DNA of 64,000 nt from assembly GCA_964016885.1 (NCBI GenBank), contig OZ024740.1, positions 159,712,001 through 159,776,000 of the forward strand, in the 5' to 3' direction. The DNA is from Eledone cirrhosa (taxonomy: Eukaryota). Made by a program: the position numbers and the translations under genes. Every line of letters begins with the position of its first letter. Positions within the stretch are counted from its first letter, which is position 1. This document shows positions 53,201 through 64,000 of the stretch, piece by piece. Below the pieces are notes generated by a model that worked only from the letters and a program-made list of their open reading frames with translations, was not told the origin of the DNA and searched no databases.

Positions 53201-53660
53201 CCACACAGTCCCAGCGTGCATCTAAGATCCCGTTCCAGTCGCCCACTAACACTAAAGAGCGGGACGTTCCAAGAAAGGTCTCCAGACGCCGGAAGAAATC
53301 AGGCCGCCCTGCTCCTGTCGGGGCATAGACGGCCACTAGCCTGAAAGCTTGCCCGTCTCCGCTGGTCACGTCCAGCACCACCAGCTTACCCTCTGGGTCC
53401 AGGAAGATGGCCCGTATGACGAGATCCAAACCTCTCCGAAAAAGCACAGCAACTCCTCCACCCGATCCAGGACGGCTGGGAGATGCGTACACATCGTAGC
53501 CGCCGAAGATCGGTACGAAGGCCCGTGCTTCGGAGATTCTGGTCTCGCTGATGGCCACTACATCTATGTTTAGTGACCTGAGGTCGTTGAGCAGGTGACC
53601 CTGCTTCCATGACGACCCCAAGCCACGCGCATTTATGCTGCCTATTCTGAGTGAGGTCAT
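50241..53660 (-). CDS. Tx1/L1 ORF2: APE endonuclease, reverse transcriptase, CCHC finger (1139 aa, uninterrupted)
   Basis: SINARGL, AISET, VYAP, GDWN, YLDR, TDH; GPGYWKLN; SPGLDGLP; RPITLLN; DQSKAFDRV; QGCPLS; YADD; CPRC..ETVLHALVQC. Confidence 0.95.
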   Translation of the reverse strand: MTSLRIGSINARGLGSSWKQGHLLNDLRSLNIDVVAISETRISEARAFVPIFGGYDVYASPSRPGSGGGVAVLFRRGLDLVIRAIFLDPEGKLVVLDVTSGDGQAFRLVAVYAPTGAGRPDFFRRLETFLGTSRSLVLVGDWNGILDARWDCVGLADRGGGCKSLTNLLRRFELSDRYRLDFPNVPMWTWTNRIGSSRSYLDRVFCREIDRSSIGCPQFKIVSYTDHKFVICVLDLDRLHRRGPGYWKLNASLPARKAYRDRISELVKRALTGAIVNNKWWFALKRAIRIESIRFSKALAIEKNRAEGELVRKLDEALSKGIATDVLAAKLALDQFFNAKHEGCVVRARVRALRHEGTKAVQWARVAEARRGNKATIRSLVDHDGRMLLDPGQMCEAFQRHFAQLFGGSGGPGRGMDFSVYLDGLTRLSATEAKCCEKPITAAEVREAMTGCTRGKSPGLDGLPYELYVQMPDLFGGLLADVYCNWQQNGRIPSSVSRGAVALLRKDPNKGDNIDNFRPITLLNTEFKILAKVLAKRLALVVGGLVGEAQTCAIPDRSIHDNLHLMRYIVERVAREPGMGGSLINLDQSKAFDRVDHRYLAAVLRAAGFGPVFRGWIAAMHSDICSVVRVNGHLSEPFNIMRSVLQGCPLSSLLYVLTLEPLLHKLETLRGVPRELGCGRSVSAYADDVTIVVSNAKHIEAIGTTLREYEAVTGAMINQEKSVGLQLGTWRGRSMPSNSVVGRWTDGPVKLLGVWFGPDLQTDKNWDEVTSRVASLTQKWAERKLSLKGRAEVANAYIASVICYRLTVVPCPKPRLTVLERLLFPFLWKGRAPMVRRSICCQHPLRGGLGMPWLMMRRHALRLRHLHLFLDGDQVWSPFARRVFPQLVSLTELQSWVKRRPRGSAWRLECLQALTALDQSGNVIGGNSTSAFYRGLVEGKSDDVLGETLGVDENQLANLFGRTFGPGPMDNFQKSLAWQCYRGALPVRDKLYRHGGAVSRACPRCAQGDETVLHALVQCPKIADLWVYVEHLLSRLGRIRLSSESIVRIAPPSSFSREGQAVFICLVAMAKEIVWWTRLKGLKTSTYLFGDALIDFFKFHLKRKIRVEREVLSSQHFVERWVREARMARVNGPTLSIYL

Positions 53661-53695
53661 GTTTAAAATAGAGTGGAAAAGATGGGAAAGACCAC

Positions 53696-55794
53696 TTACC
53701 GTACTTTTGGTAGAGGAGGGATGGTTTTTACATCCCTTTTCACTTGATCGTCTGGTGAAGGGACCGTTGAATCGTCCCTTCGGCTGGTCGTCGGCTCTTC
53801 TAAGAGAATGTCTGAGTATACTCTTCGATTGATGGTTCCTCCTAGGTCCCTGAAATCACCAACTGCGTTGGGGAATTTCGTTTTAATGTTTGTGTATTGT
53901 TTCTGTGCTATTTTTAGCAGTCTTATGTTAGTTGGCGTTTTGATTGGTGCTGGTATTATGTAGTCCTGTTGTGAAATGTCTGTGTGTTCAATTATGTAAG
54001 TCATTAGTTTCTTGTTGTGTGTATTTATTGCCGTGCATTTGTTTTTCTGGGGGTGGGGTGTGGTTCTGCTATTTTCTTGTCGTTGTTGCTGGGTGTGTGT
54101 GTTTTGTTGTTGTGTTTGCGATGTTGGTGCTTGTGGTGGTGGTGTTGAAGGTGTTGTTGGCGGTGGGGTTGTCGCCGGTGGTGATGGTGGTGCTAGTGTG
54201 GGTGGTGATGGTGTTGGTGTTGTTGCTGCTGTGGGTCTCTTTGCAGTAGACTTTACCCTTTTCTCATTTCTTTCCTCCCTTTTCAAAGGCGACGATGCGC
54301 TGCTTCTGCGTTTGTGCCTTCTTACGACCTTTTGCCATCCCTCTCCCACCTCACACTCCATGTCTGATTCTGTGAGGTCGGGGAGGGGTACCAGCTCCAC
54401 TCTTTCACTTGTTGTTGTTGGTGATGTTTGCACTGGAGTCTCTGTTGCAGCTGCATTTGGTATTGCTGTTGTTGTTGTTAATATTTCCACTGCTGCTGCT
54501 GTTTTTGATTTCCGTGGAGTGGGTATGGGTGCCACGGGCCTATCGTTCCTGTTTGCCGCTTGTCCTGTTGCTGGTAGCCGTGGAGCCGGATTCGGAAGGA
54601 GGGGGGTTTTCTCCTTTCTCAGGGTCTTCTCGTTGCAGAAGGCCCTGAGGTGAGTCTTCGATCCACAGCGAAAGCATTTCGGGCGTTTGCCCTCAACACT
54701 TATGGGCAGTTGAGTGCCGTTATCGAAGTCTATCACATCCGGGATAGCTTCGATGCACTCCTGGTTGGTTTGGATTAGCATCTCAATGGAGGAGCCGACC
54801 CAATCTTCTCTTACTTTTTTCTGTACTTGCAGTACAGTTGTTTTGTCCTCGATTCCGACGAGGACAGACGCGGCCAGCCAAGAAGGGGTCATTCCGGGGG
54901 GGGGACGTGGGTCAGTTTGACCCTCACAATTTTTTGCCCGCAGTAGGAGGGCACCAACACCATTTCCTCGCTCCTTAGGGTCACTACTGATTGGGCCTTT
55001 GCCTCCTGGGGTGTGGCAAAAAGTACGTCTACGGTGGCATATTTTTTGCCTCGGGTGATGTGCGTTTTCCGCTGCCACACAGACCCCAAGGCTTTTTGTA
55101 TTTGGGCCTCTGTGGCTCTTTCCACCCTACGGGATTTTGTACTTACTGTACGGTACGTGACCGTACAGTGCTCTTGGGTTTCGAAACATTTTTCCGCTGC
55201 CTTGCAGATTGCTCGGTGTCCGTTCTTTGTCACCATCTTCTTCGCTTCCTCTAATTCCTCATTTGTTATGAGGATTGTTTCCAAGTTTTTCGCAATACCT
55301 GCAAATGAGATTGGTTTTTCTCTGCTGTTGTTGTTGTCGTCAGAGCTGCTGGTACTTTTGTTGTTGCTGCAGGTACTACGACTACTGCCTCCGCCGCTGT
55401 TGCTGTGGTTGTTGTTGGTGTTGCTGCTGCTAATGCTGTTGTTGTTTATGCTGCTGGTGATGCTGTTGCGGCTGCTACTGTTGTTTTCATTGTCACTGTT
55501 GCTGTTGTTATTACGGCTGCTACTGCTATTATTCCTGACGTCAGACGAATGAATTGGGTTTTCGTATTTCCCGCACACCTGTTTCGTCGCTGTCGTCGTC
55601 GTCGTGGAGAAACCTTGCACGCTTTGCACCAGACTTTTCTTTTCTTTCGTCACTTGCGAAAGAGAAGGGAGGGAGAGAGACACATTTAAAGAAGGGAGGG
55701 AGAGAGACAATCTTCTCTCTGCTGTAGTGATGATTGAGGAAGAAGAAGACGGAATGAGTGGGAGTGACGTATGAAATTTCTTTTTCGTAGCCAT
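53696..55794 (-). CDS. Tx1 ORF1 (zinc knuckle), split by one frameshift in a G9 homopolymer at 54896-54904
   Basis: The 313-aa frame ends VKLTHVPPPE*; the 460-aa frame continues PPGMTPSWLAASVL...CFRCGSKTHLRAFC; Ser/Asn-rich and Pro/Thr-rich tracts. Confidence 0.8.
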
Positions 55795-56034
55795 GTTGTT
55801 TTTTTGTTTAAAATGAAATGTTGGGTACAAAACCCCAATAACTGGTTATTTAACCCCGAAGGGCCAAATAACGGACAGAAAGACCCCTCTCGCGAGGAGG
55901 AGGGTGTCTTTATCAACAATTTGGTTCAAGTTTTAAACACTTTACAATTGTTTTAACGGTTAAAAATTACTATACCTTACAGAGCCGAGCCTCCGTCAAC
56001 CATGGCATTCAATAATAATAATAATAATAATAAT

Positions 56035-57920
56035 AGGAGGAGGAGACACACTGATCTTGCCATGGGATGGATAGACTACAGAAAGGCATTTGACATGGTG
56101 CCTCATTCTTGGATCACCAAAAGCCTGGAGATCTTCAGGGTGGCAGATAACATCAGACAGTTGCTGGGCAGGAGTATGGGGTCCTGGGAGACAGAGTTGA
56201 CATCAACTGGAGTATCCTTGGGAAGCGTGAAGATCAAGAGAGGTATCTTCCAGGGAGATAGCCTGTCCCCTCTGTTGTTTGTCCTTGCCCTGATGCCCTT
56301 GACCATTATGCTGCGAAAAGTGAGAGCAGGATACAAGTTGGGAAAGGGAGAGCTTACCATCAATCACCTCCTCTTCATGGACGATCTTAAGCTCTTCGGG
56401 AAAAGTGAGAAGGAGTTGGATGTGCTTGTTGACACTGTCCGTATTTTCAGCAGTGATATATGTATGCAGTTTGGTATTAGTAAATGTGGAGTCATTGTGA
56501 TGAGGAGGGGTAGGTTGAGCAGAAGTAACGGGATCCAGATACCAACAGGTGAGATGATAAAGGAAATTGACTCTGAGGAAGGATACAAGTATTTGGGCGT
56601 TCTGGAGGCTGATGGCATAAAGAACAAAAAAATGAAGGAATTGTTAAGAACTGAATACATTCGGAGAGTAAGGAGCGTATTGAAGTCACATCTGAACAGC
56701 AGAAATGCCATAAGCGCAGTAAATTCCCGAGCTGTGTCTATTATTAGGTACAGTGCGGGAATTCTGAGATGGAATGTTGCTGAACAAAAAGAAATGGATA
56801 GGAAGACTAGGAAGCTATTGACTATCTGCAACATGTTCCACAAGAGGAGTGATGTCGATAGACTCTACCTAAGGAGATCTGAGGGTGGAAGAGGTCTTAT
56901 CAGCATAGAGGACTGTGTTCAGATGGAGAAAAACAACCTATACAAATACGTGACCTATAGTAAGGAGCCAATGCTCAGAACTGTACTGAAGGAGGGGACA
57001 GTAGGCCAGGGGATGTCCAAGGAGGAAATAACATCAAGGAGGAAGAGCAGCCTTAAGGGAAAATCCCTTAATAGTACCTTCTTTGAGAAAACTGAATTTA
57101 GAGATCCACAGACATGGAACTGGTTGAGAAGAGGAGACCTCAAAAAGGCTACAGAAGGAATGCTAATGGCTGCGCAGGAGCAGGCCCTCAAAACGAAGTG
57201 GTTGAAGCACCATATTTACAAGGAGGAGGCTAGCCCACTGTGCAGGATCTGTGGAGAGAGAGAGGAGACTGTGGCTCACATTGTGTCCGAGTGTAAACAC
57301 CTAGCCCAGACCCACTATAAGGGCTAGAGACACGATGTGATGGGCAGGGTGATCCACTGGCACCTGTGCAAAGTAAACAATTTACCACATTCTGAGAAAT
57401 GGTATGAGCATAGGCCAGAGGCGGTGATGGAGAATAATCAGGTGAAGGTGCTGTGGGATTTTAGGATACAGACGGACAAAAAACTGGAACACAATAGACC
57501 TGACCTGGTGGTTGTGGACAAAGAAAAAAGATCGTGTCTGATTGTGGATGTGGCCTGCCCGTTCGACACGAGATTGCAAGAGAAGGAGAGGGAGAAAATT
57601 AACCGATACCAGGACCTAAAGTGGGAGGTGAAAAGGATTTGGAACTGCCATGAAGTCAAAGTGATCCCGATTGTCATAGGCGCACTGGGGACTATCTCCA
57701 AAAGTTTCCAGGGATGGTTAAAGAAAATCGCCCCCTTCACGCTTTTTGGAACGCTTCAAAAGGCATGCTTGCTTGGAACAGCAAGAACCCTCCGATACGT
57801 CCTGAATATCTGAGGCTGCAGGTAGTGGCTTGATATTCATTCCAACGGACTTTCTAGTTAACCAACATCAATGACTGAGATTCAAGGAATAACAACAACA
57901 ATAATAATAATAATAATAAT
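56035..57920 (+). mobile_element. 5'-truncated R4/Dong-like LINE (RT, CCHC, restriction-like endonuclease) in (AAT)n
   Basis: WIDYRKAFDMVPHSW, RGIFQGDSLSPLLF, HLLFMDDLKL, YKYLG, GGRGL, CRICG..ETVAHIVSEC, TAG at 57325, RHD, RPDLVVVD..VDVACP..EKINRY; (AAC)(AAT)n tail. Confidence 0.92.
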
Positions 57921-58004
57921 GATGACATTATTGTGTAAAGTGCTCAGAATGTTTATATGTGTATCAAATACTTTCATTATAACTTTATTCAAGAAATCTC
58001 TAAG

Positions 58005-58190
58005 TAATAATTGCTTCTACTTTTGGCACAAGGCCAGCAATCATCCCAGTGTCTTAATGGTGTTTATTTTATCGACCCCGTAAGGATGAAAGGCAAAGTT
58101 AAACTCGGCAGGATTTGAACTCAGACCATAAAGGGTCGTAACTCTTTGCTGCAAAGCATGGCGTCAGATCCTCTACTGATACTGTCTAAT
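58005..58190 (-). mobile_element. tRNA-SINE with Nin-like domain
   Basis: Reverse complement of 7012-7192. Confidence 0.75.
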
Positions 58191-58620
58191 GTTCTAAGTA
58201 TCAGCATATTAATGAAAGAGTTAGGTATTTTATTAAATTCCTCCAAATACTTGATTATTTTCAAAATTAAGTGAAACACATAGACAATGTATTTTATTAG
58301 AAATATGGTAATTAAAGGGTTAATTAGCACTCTAATGACAATTTACTGTCAATAACAACGAAAACAATAATCTTCTCAAACGAGTTGTTTTGAAACTAAA
58401 CGTAGTAATAATTTGATTTTAGCTTTTGTAACTTATTCTTTCACCATCTAACCTTTCATTTATCAATTTCCAGTAACAACACCTAAACCAACTTATCTCT
58501 TTACAGAGGGGATTCTGTTCTTTTAGAAAATGCCACCTCAACTTGTCAACCAAATTTGTATTGTTTGATAAGCTCCTTGATCATGGAAACTGCACTGACA
58601 CACAAGCACACACACACACA

Positions 58621-58671
<51 letters not shown>

Positions 58672-59674
58672 TTTTATTAAGGCTGAATAATGAGTCTTGT
58701 AAAGTTTGGGAGAAGAACAATTACACTAATAATTAATCTACTTTGACTTAGAAAAATAATTTATGCACTACAAGAAGGGCCTGTTTGAGCTACAATTCGT
58801 GGGTTAATAAATACATATATACACACCAGGTCCAAACACAATGGAACCAAACTCCCACTGTCGTCGCCTCTGTCTCTACCGCTCTCTCCATGTCCCTATT
58901 TGGCCATGTTGTGTCCACTAGTAGCAATACGTAATATGTGAATGTTATCAGAGAAATTCAATACATCTTAGCAACTAACAGCAGGCATTGCAAGTATTTT
59001 CCTGATTTTATAAAAACAGTCTAATGATAAAAAATAAGTGTCTCACCTATAATGAAAACAGCAAAATAATAGAAAAAAAAAATGCCATTTAACCTTTTGT
59101 TATCATATTTCTGATGAAAGATTGCCTATAATTTTCAAATCAGTTTGCAAATATTCAAGAATTTGTAGGGATTTAGTAATATAAGTAAATTTGTTATTAA
59201 CCCTTAACATCTTGTGCCACATGAAACCACATTATCAAGACATTCTTGAAAAGTATCAATATGACATTGTATTTAGCATTGTATTTAGACAATTGTCTTT
59301 ACTTTAGTGTACTGCAAACTTTCACAATGATATGTTAACTAGGAATGATATTATAAACATTTGAATTAACAAAACCATTTCTGATATTTTCTGATAAATC
59401 AGCTGGTGTTTGGAATATATATTAACAAAGGTTCTTACATAAAATTGTAAGAGAAAGGTTTTAGAAAATATAAACACATTATAATGAACCTAGTATCATA
59501 GAACCAGGAGCAGTTTTAGGTGGTTTCCTATAGAAATAATGGTAAGATCCAGGAAGATTGACAGGAAACAAGAAATTTATTGTTTCAAATGAAACATTTG
59601 GATCTAATAAGGAAAGATGAAAAAATTGTTTTTACAATAATACAAATCTAAAACTATTTCTCATATCCAACGTT

Positions 59675-59730
<56 letters not shown>

Positions 59731-59839
59731 AGGTGGCATCAAAATGTTCCCAGAGTAGTTATGTTTAAAAAGAACTAATAAATTTACTTAAGCTTTAACA
59801 TTATCTTCTTCAAAATAGTCACCTATAGATAGATAGATG

Positions 59840-59870
<31 letters not shown>

Positions 59871-60299
59871 CCACATCCAAGTCCCCTCCTCATCACTGAC
59901 CCCCCCCCATATCTATGATCCTCCAGTTTTTCCTTAGTAGCTATTCTCACCATCATTACACCCCCCCCTCTAAAATCCTAGCACACCTGTCATGGCACCC
60001 CTGTGGCATTTGGAGGTTCCCCCCTCTCCTACTTATCACCTGGTTAAATTGTTGTTTAAACAATTTACTGGCCATTAAAATATATTCAATTAAAGAAAGC
60101 AGGGACATGACAACTTTTCTGGTGCCGATGCCATGATAAATTGTACTTGGTAGAAGACAGAAATATGTGAGATGCAGCTGAGCCACCCACACACAGTAAA
60201 GAGTGGGGATGATTGTAATCAAGATGCAGATATATTTATTGCCTAAGTACATAGCGAAACCTACAGTCAGTAGGCACCTCTAACAAAATACACCCCCGT

Positions 60300-60637
60300 C
60301 ACACTACCCCCACCCCATCCACACCACCCCCTTAAATGTGAAGCTATGTTGGTACCACAACATCCAGTCCGAAACAAATGAGGTCGTGTAGGTGTCACGA
60401 CAAAAAAAACACACAGTCCACGCTGTAATGTGGCTGTGTAGGTAACACGGTAAAAACCTCCCAGTCCACACTGTAAACATGGTTCGTGTTAGGAAGGGCA
60501 TCCAGACGTAGAAATCTGCCAGACAGTCCTGAGCAAGACAACCAATCTTGCCTCAAGTGGGACAATTCCCGTCCAGACCAATGCTAGCGTGGAAAATGGA
60601 CGTTAAACGATGATGATGATGATGATGATGATGATGA
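60300..60637 (+). mobile_element. RTE 3' UTR fragment with (GAT)n tail
   Basis: Diverged homologue of 10365-10700. Confidence 0.85.
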
Positions 60638-60658
60638 TATATATATATATATATATAT

Positions 60659-60910
60659 CGCCAAGATGGCTGACTGAATACACACGTGTATGTTTTTTTT
60701 CTCCTCAAATTTTTTCTCATTTTTCACGTTCCTTCCTCTCATCATTCTTTACTTTCGATTTATCTTCTATTTCAAATTCTGTCTTCTGATGAAGGGTTAA
60801 TGTCTGAAATGTTAAAACTCTCTTTCTGCTATTTCAAGTGTTAAACAAACTAATATATTTCTTCCATGTACTGTGCCATTTGTTTTGTTATTTTTGTTAT
60901 TACTTTTACA
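60659..60910 (+). mobile_element. Probable PLE-derived short element with a decayed hammerhead
   Basis: CTGATGA-agggttaatgtct-GAAA-tgtt at 60786-60813; lies between TA tracts; stems imperfect. Confidence 0.4.
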
Positions 60911-61208
60911 TTATATATATATATGTATATATATATGCATGTGCGTGTGTGTAAATATATGCTCACATTCAAACCTCCTTTTTTGTACTCGTTCATCCCT
61001 TTCTTCAACCATTATCATGTCATAGATGTGTGTATGTTTCATGAGTATGCATCAGTCTAGTGTTTGTGAGTCTGTTTTTGCATACGTATCTGAGTTTGTA
61101 CAGGAACTGCATTGTGTATACATGTGAGTATGTTTGTGTTCTAACTCTTTGAAGAGCTACATGTATAAATATACAAACACAAATGGCCTATTAATGATAT
61201 ATATATAT

Positions 61209-61594
61209 ATCACAGAAAAAAATAATGGAATTTATTGGACATATTACAATCATTTCTCTGGCGACCAGCTCGAGGCACGATCGATTTGATGATCGAACCT
61301 GACTCTGAAAATCGCAAGGTCCTCAGATACGTCTTGATTCTATGAAGCAGATTAAATCTGCTTCATAGAATCAAGACGTATCTGAGGACCTTACGATTTT
61401 CAGAGTCAGGTTCGATCATCAAATCGATCGTGCCTCGAGCTGGTCGCCAGAGAAACGATTGTAATATGTCCAATAAATTCCATTCGTCGCAACACTGATT
61501 CTCTTTTTTTCTGTGATATCATACTCTGCTCCGAGAGCATCAAGTGCTCATACAGCCTATCGCATACGGACGCTTTAAGCATCCAACACCAATT
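61209..61594 (+). mobile_element. Short fold-back PLE-like terminus: 261-bp palindrome 61224-61484 plus 3' tail
   Basis: 130-bp arms, 1-nt centre (61354), 2 mismatches seen; hammerhead-like core in the right arm. Confidence 0.7.
61374..61470 (+). ncRNA. Hammerhead-like motif with elongated stem II (GUA triplet)
   Basis: gacgtat-CTGAGGA-~63 nt foldable insert-GAAAC-gatt-GTA-atatgtc; base of stem II non-canonical. Confidence 0.55.
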
Positions 61595-61603
61595 ATATAT
61601 ATA

Positions 61604-61920
61604 TACAATGATATTAAATAAATGGAAACTATATTTATAAAACCATATTTATTCTATTATATATATTTCAAGGGTACCAACATGTTGGTACGCTATCATC
61701 AGATAAAATACGAAATGTGTTTTATAAATTTTGACATAACCAAGGAGAATATACCTTAACAGTACAAGTTATCCCTGCTTAAATATGGTTTTATAAATAT
61801 AGTTTCCATTTATTTAATATTATTGTATATTATACTCCAGAAAATCTGGTGAGTGCTCTGAATCAGTTATAAACATTTATATTTGTTGAATTACCAACAA
61901 ATTGAATATCCCTTCTGCTT
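61604..61920. mobile_element. Miniature fold-back PLE terminus related to 16055-19215, hammerhead on the minus strand (~61634-61726)
   Basis: Homologous to 16055-16170 and 19055-19170; minus: tattttat-CTGATGA-tagc-gtaccaac-at-gttggtac-cctt-GAAA-tatatata-atagaata. Confidence 0.7.
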
Positions 61921-63148
61921 ATATATATATAGTTGTTATTTTACATTGAGCTATTCTCATACTTGTAATTGGATAATATCTAATATTACCCACCTTATAT
62001 ATATGTGTATATATATATTTGTTGATACAATTATATATATATGTATATGAAATTCAGTGAAAAGATTTTCCAAATCATCTATTCAATATATATAACATAC
62101 AACAGATTTAGTCGTGATGTAGATCTAAAATAGATCAATATTTATTTGATGCTATGCCAAAACTACTAGTTGTTTAATTACTATACTTTTCATACCATTT
62201 CTTTTTGTTTTAATGTAATTGATACTGGAATTAAAGGTATGCCTTTTTGTGGATGTCATGTCCAAATACCTTTTAACACGTTAAAAATATTTCATTTATT
62301 TATCTTGATTGGTTTTCTTTGTGTTTGATTTTCAGCTTATCAAAATCAATACTGAAATGTTTTAGAAATATTAATTTGAATTTTGACACATTTGTTAAAA
62401 TCATTATTATCCATTCAATTCAGTTATTAAATTACTTTACATCATGACAGCATAGATTTTATTTGTTGTTATTTTGTGTTACATATATTGTGAGGGATAA
62501 TATCTTCATTGGTGGCAGTGTTCCTACATGCAAGGCCGGATTTAATGGGGGGCAAAGGGGGAAATTTCCACAGTTGGGGTCCCCACCAGTGACAGCCGTA
62601 GCAATCTCTGCCCTCAGCTGTTTTCTTTAGAATCTTTTAATTTAATACCTGTATGTATAACTTTTCAATTCCAATTACATATGCGAAGCTAACTTTGATA
62701 TGTAAAATTGGTGGGTTTGCTGTGTATTCTACTTTCAGTTGTATTGATCTTAAAGCATTAAAACTATGTATCTCTAGCAGTTGACTGATGAGATGGGACT
62801 GTTTCTATTCATTTTCCTGTCTTCGCCCATATTTTTTATTCATTATATATATGTATATATATATTTATATGTGTGTATGTGTGCATATATATATATATAT
62901 ATATATGGGTTACGTTTAACAATATGAGAATAAGAGAACAAATTTAAGTAATTATTAATCCATTGTTTTATCATCATTTCAGCTGATCAGAAAAAAATTC
63001 AAGCCCAGTTCAACTTTACCTTTATACAGGGCAATAAAGCTTGCATTCTATTCTGCTTGGCCTAACTCATTTTAAAACAATGGATTAAAGTTTTGATATA
63101 GTTACAAATTTTATCCTAATTCGGCAGACAACTGAAACATACACTGAG

Positions 63149-63208
<60 letters not shown>

Positions 63209-63247
63209 TTACAGATGTGATGTTACTAGTTAAGACCAGAAAAAAGT

Positions 63248-64000
63248 GTCATCATCATCATTTTACGTCCGCTTTTCCCTGCTTGCAAGGGTGGGACGCG
63301 TCTTATTCAGCACAGCATCTCTCCACTTGTCACGGTCCTTCGTCATCTCCACCATGAGCTTCAGCGATCTGAGGTCTGTTCTCACAACCTCTGCCCATGT
63401 TTTTCGTGATCTACCTCAACGACGTCTTCCTTCAACTGGCATTTCCTGGCACTTCTTCACCCATCGGTCATCCTCCGTGCGCATCACATGTCCATACCAC
63501 CTCAGTCTCCTCCCTCGCACACTACATTCTATCCCTCTCAGACACAGTTTCTCTCTCAACACATACATGCTGGGTCATTCACACACATTGACATTGCACA
63601 TCCAACGGAGCATGCTTGCCTCATTTCTCTCCAGCCGTCACATATCTTCTGCAGTTGCTGCCCAAGTCTCACTACCATGCAGCATCGCGCTCCTCACACA
63701 GGCATCATATAACCGGCCTTTTGTATGCAGGGAGAAACCCTTCTTCGTGTCAGCAGAGGAAGCAGCTCCCTAAACTTCTTCCAACCCGTCCTTATTCTAG
63801 ATACTATGGCCTCGGAACACCCCCCTATGCTAATCTGATCTCCTAGGTACCGGAAGCTATCCACCAGTTCTATAGCACCCGCCTGTATTTGAAAAATGTG
63901 TCTATCAATGCGACTTCTACTGTCTAATTTCCCTGTACATCTACTGCATACGTATTTCTCCCTACCTGTTAGTTTGCCTGCTATCCCACTACATCTCTTG
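63248..64000 (-). mobile_element. RTE LINE 3' part (same family as 45716-46370), runs off the window edge
   Basis: Collinear with 45716-46370; the extra 5' part encodes KRCSGIAGKLTGREKYVCSRC (PHD-like finger). Confidence 0.9.

Larger units (their letters stand above)
49992..56010 (-). mobile_element. Full-length Tx1/L1-clade LINE flanked on both sides by (AAT)n
   Basis: 5' UTR, ORF1, ORF2 and 3' UTR with AATAAA; (AAT)n at 49940-49990 and 56011-56034. Confidence 0.93.

Noticed and set aside
50190-55689. Plus-strand ORFs overlapping Tx1
   Set aside because: Antisense shadows of GC-rich coding sequence
59727-59826. Mariner-like TIR remnant (also a hAT-like end near 62531)
   Set aside because: Only one decayed end each; no partner TIR or TSD found

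Overview
AT-rich, repeat-saturated eukaryotic DNA. The SINE/LINE repertoire and long (TA)n/(TATG)n tracts look invertebrate, most like a cephalopod (inference). I found no host-gene exon I can support; most short ORFs in the track are microsatellite or antisense artefacts. Retroelements present: several RTE LINE fragments with a PHD-like finger inside the RT, a 5'-truncated CR1-group LINE, a CRE 3' end, a near-intact full-length Tx1/L1, a 5'-truncated R4/Dong-like element, many tRNA-derived SINEs and at least four Penelope-like element (PLE) remnants, three of Naiad type. Also present: a frameshifted pogo transposon and a 32-bp minisatellite. Most young insertions sit inside (TA)n or (AAT)n microsatellites. 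The most interesting signal is non-coding. (i) A tandem array of ~470-bp units (19216-22198) carries one minimal type I hammerhead ribozyme per unit, starts at the predicted self-cleavage site and is fused to a Naiad 3' end, i.e. it is retrozyme-like. (ii) Several further PLE-terminal hammerheads occur, including rare U3-A8 core variants. (iii) A small covarying bulged stem-loop (RCUC-stem-loop-stem-2 nt bulge-RAGYRCU) recurs downstream of the hammerheads at five separate PLE-type termini. All structures were read by eye, not computed.
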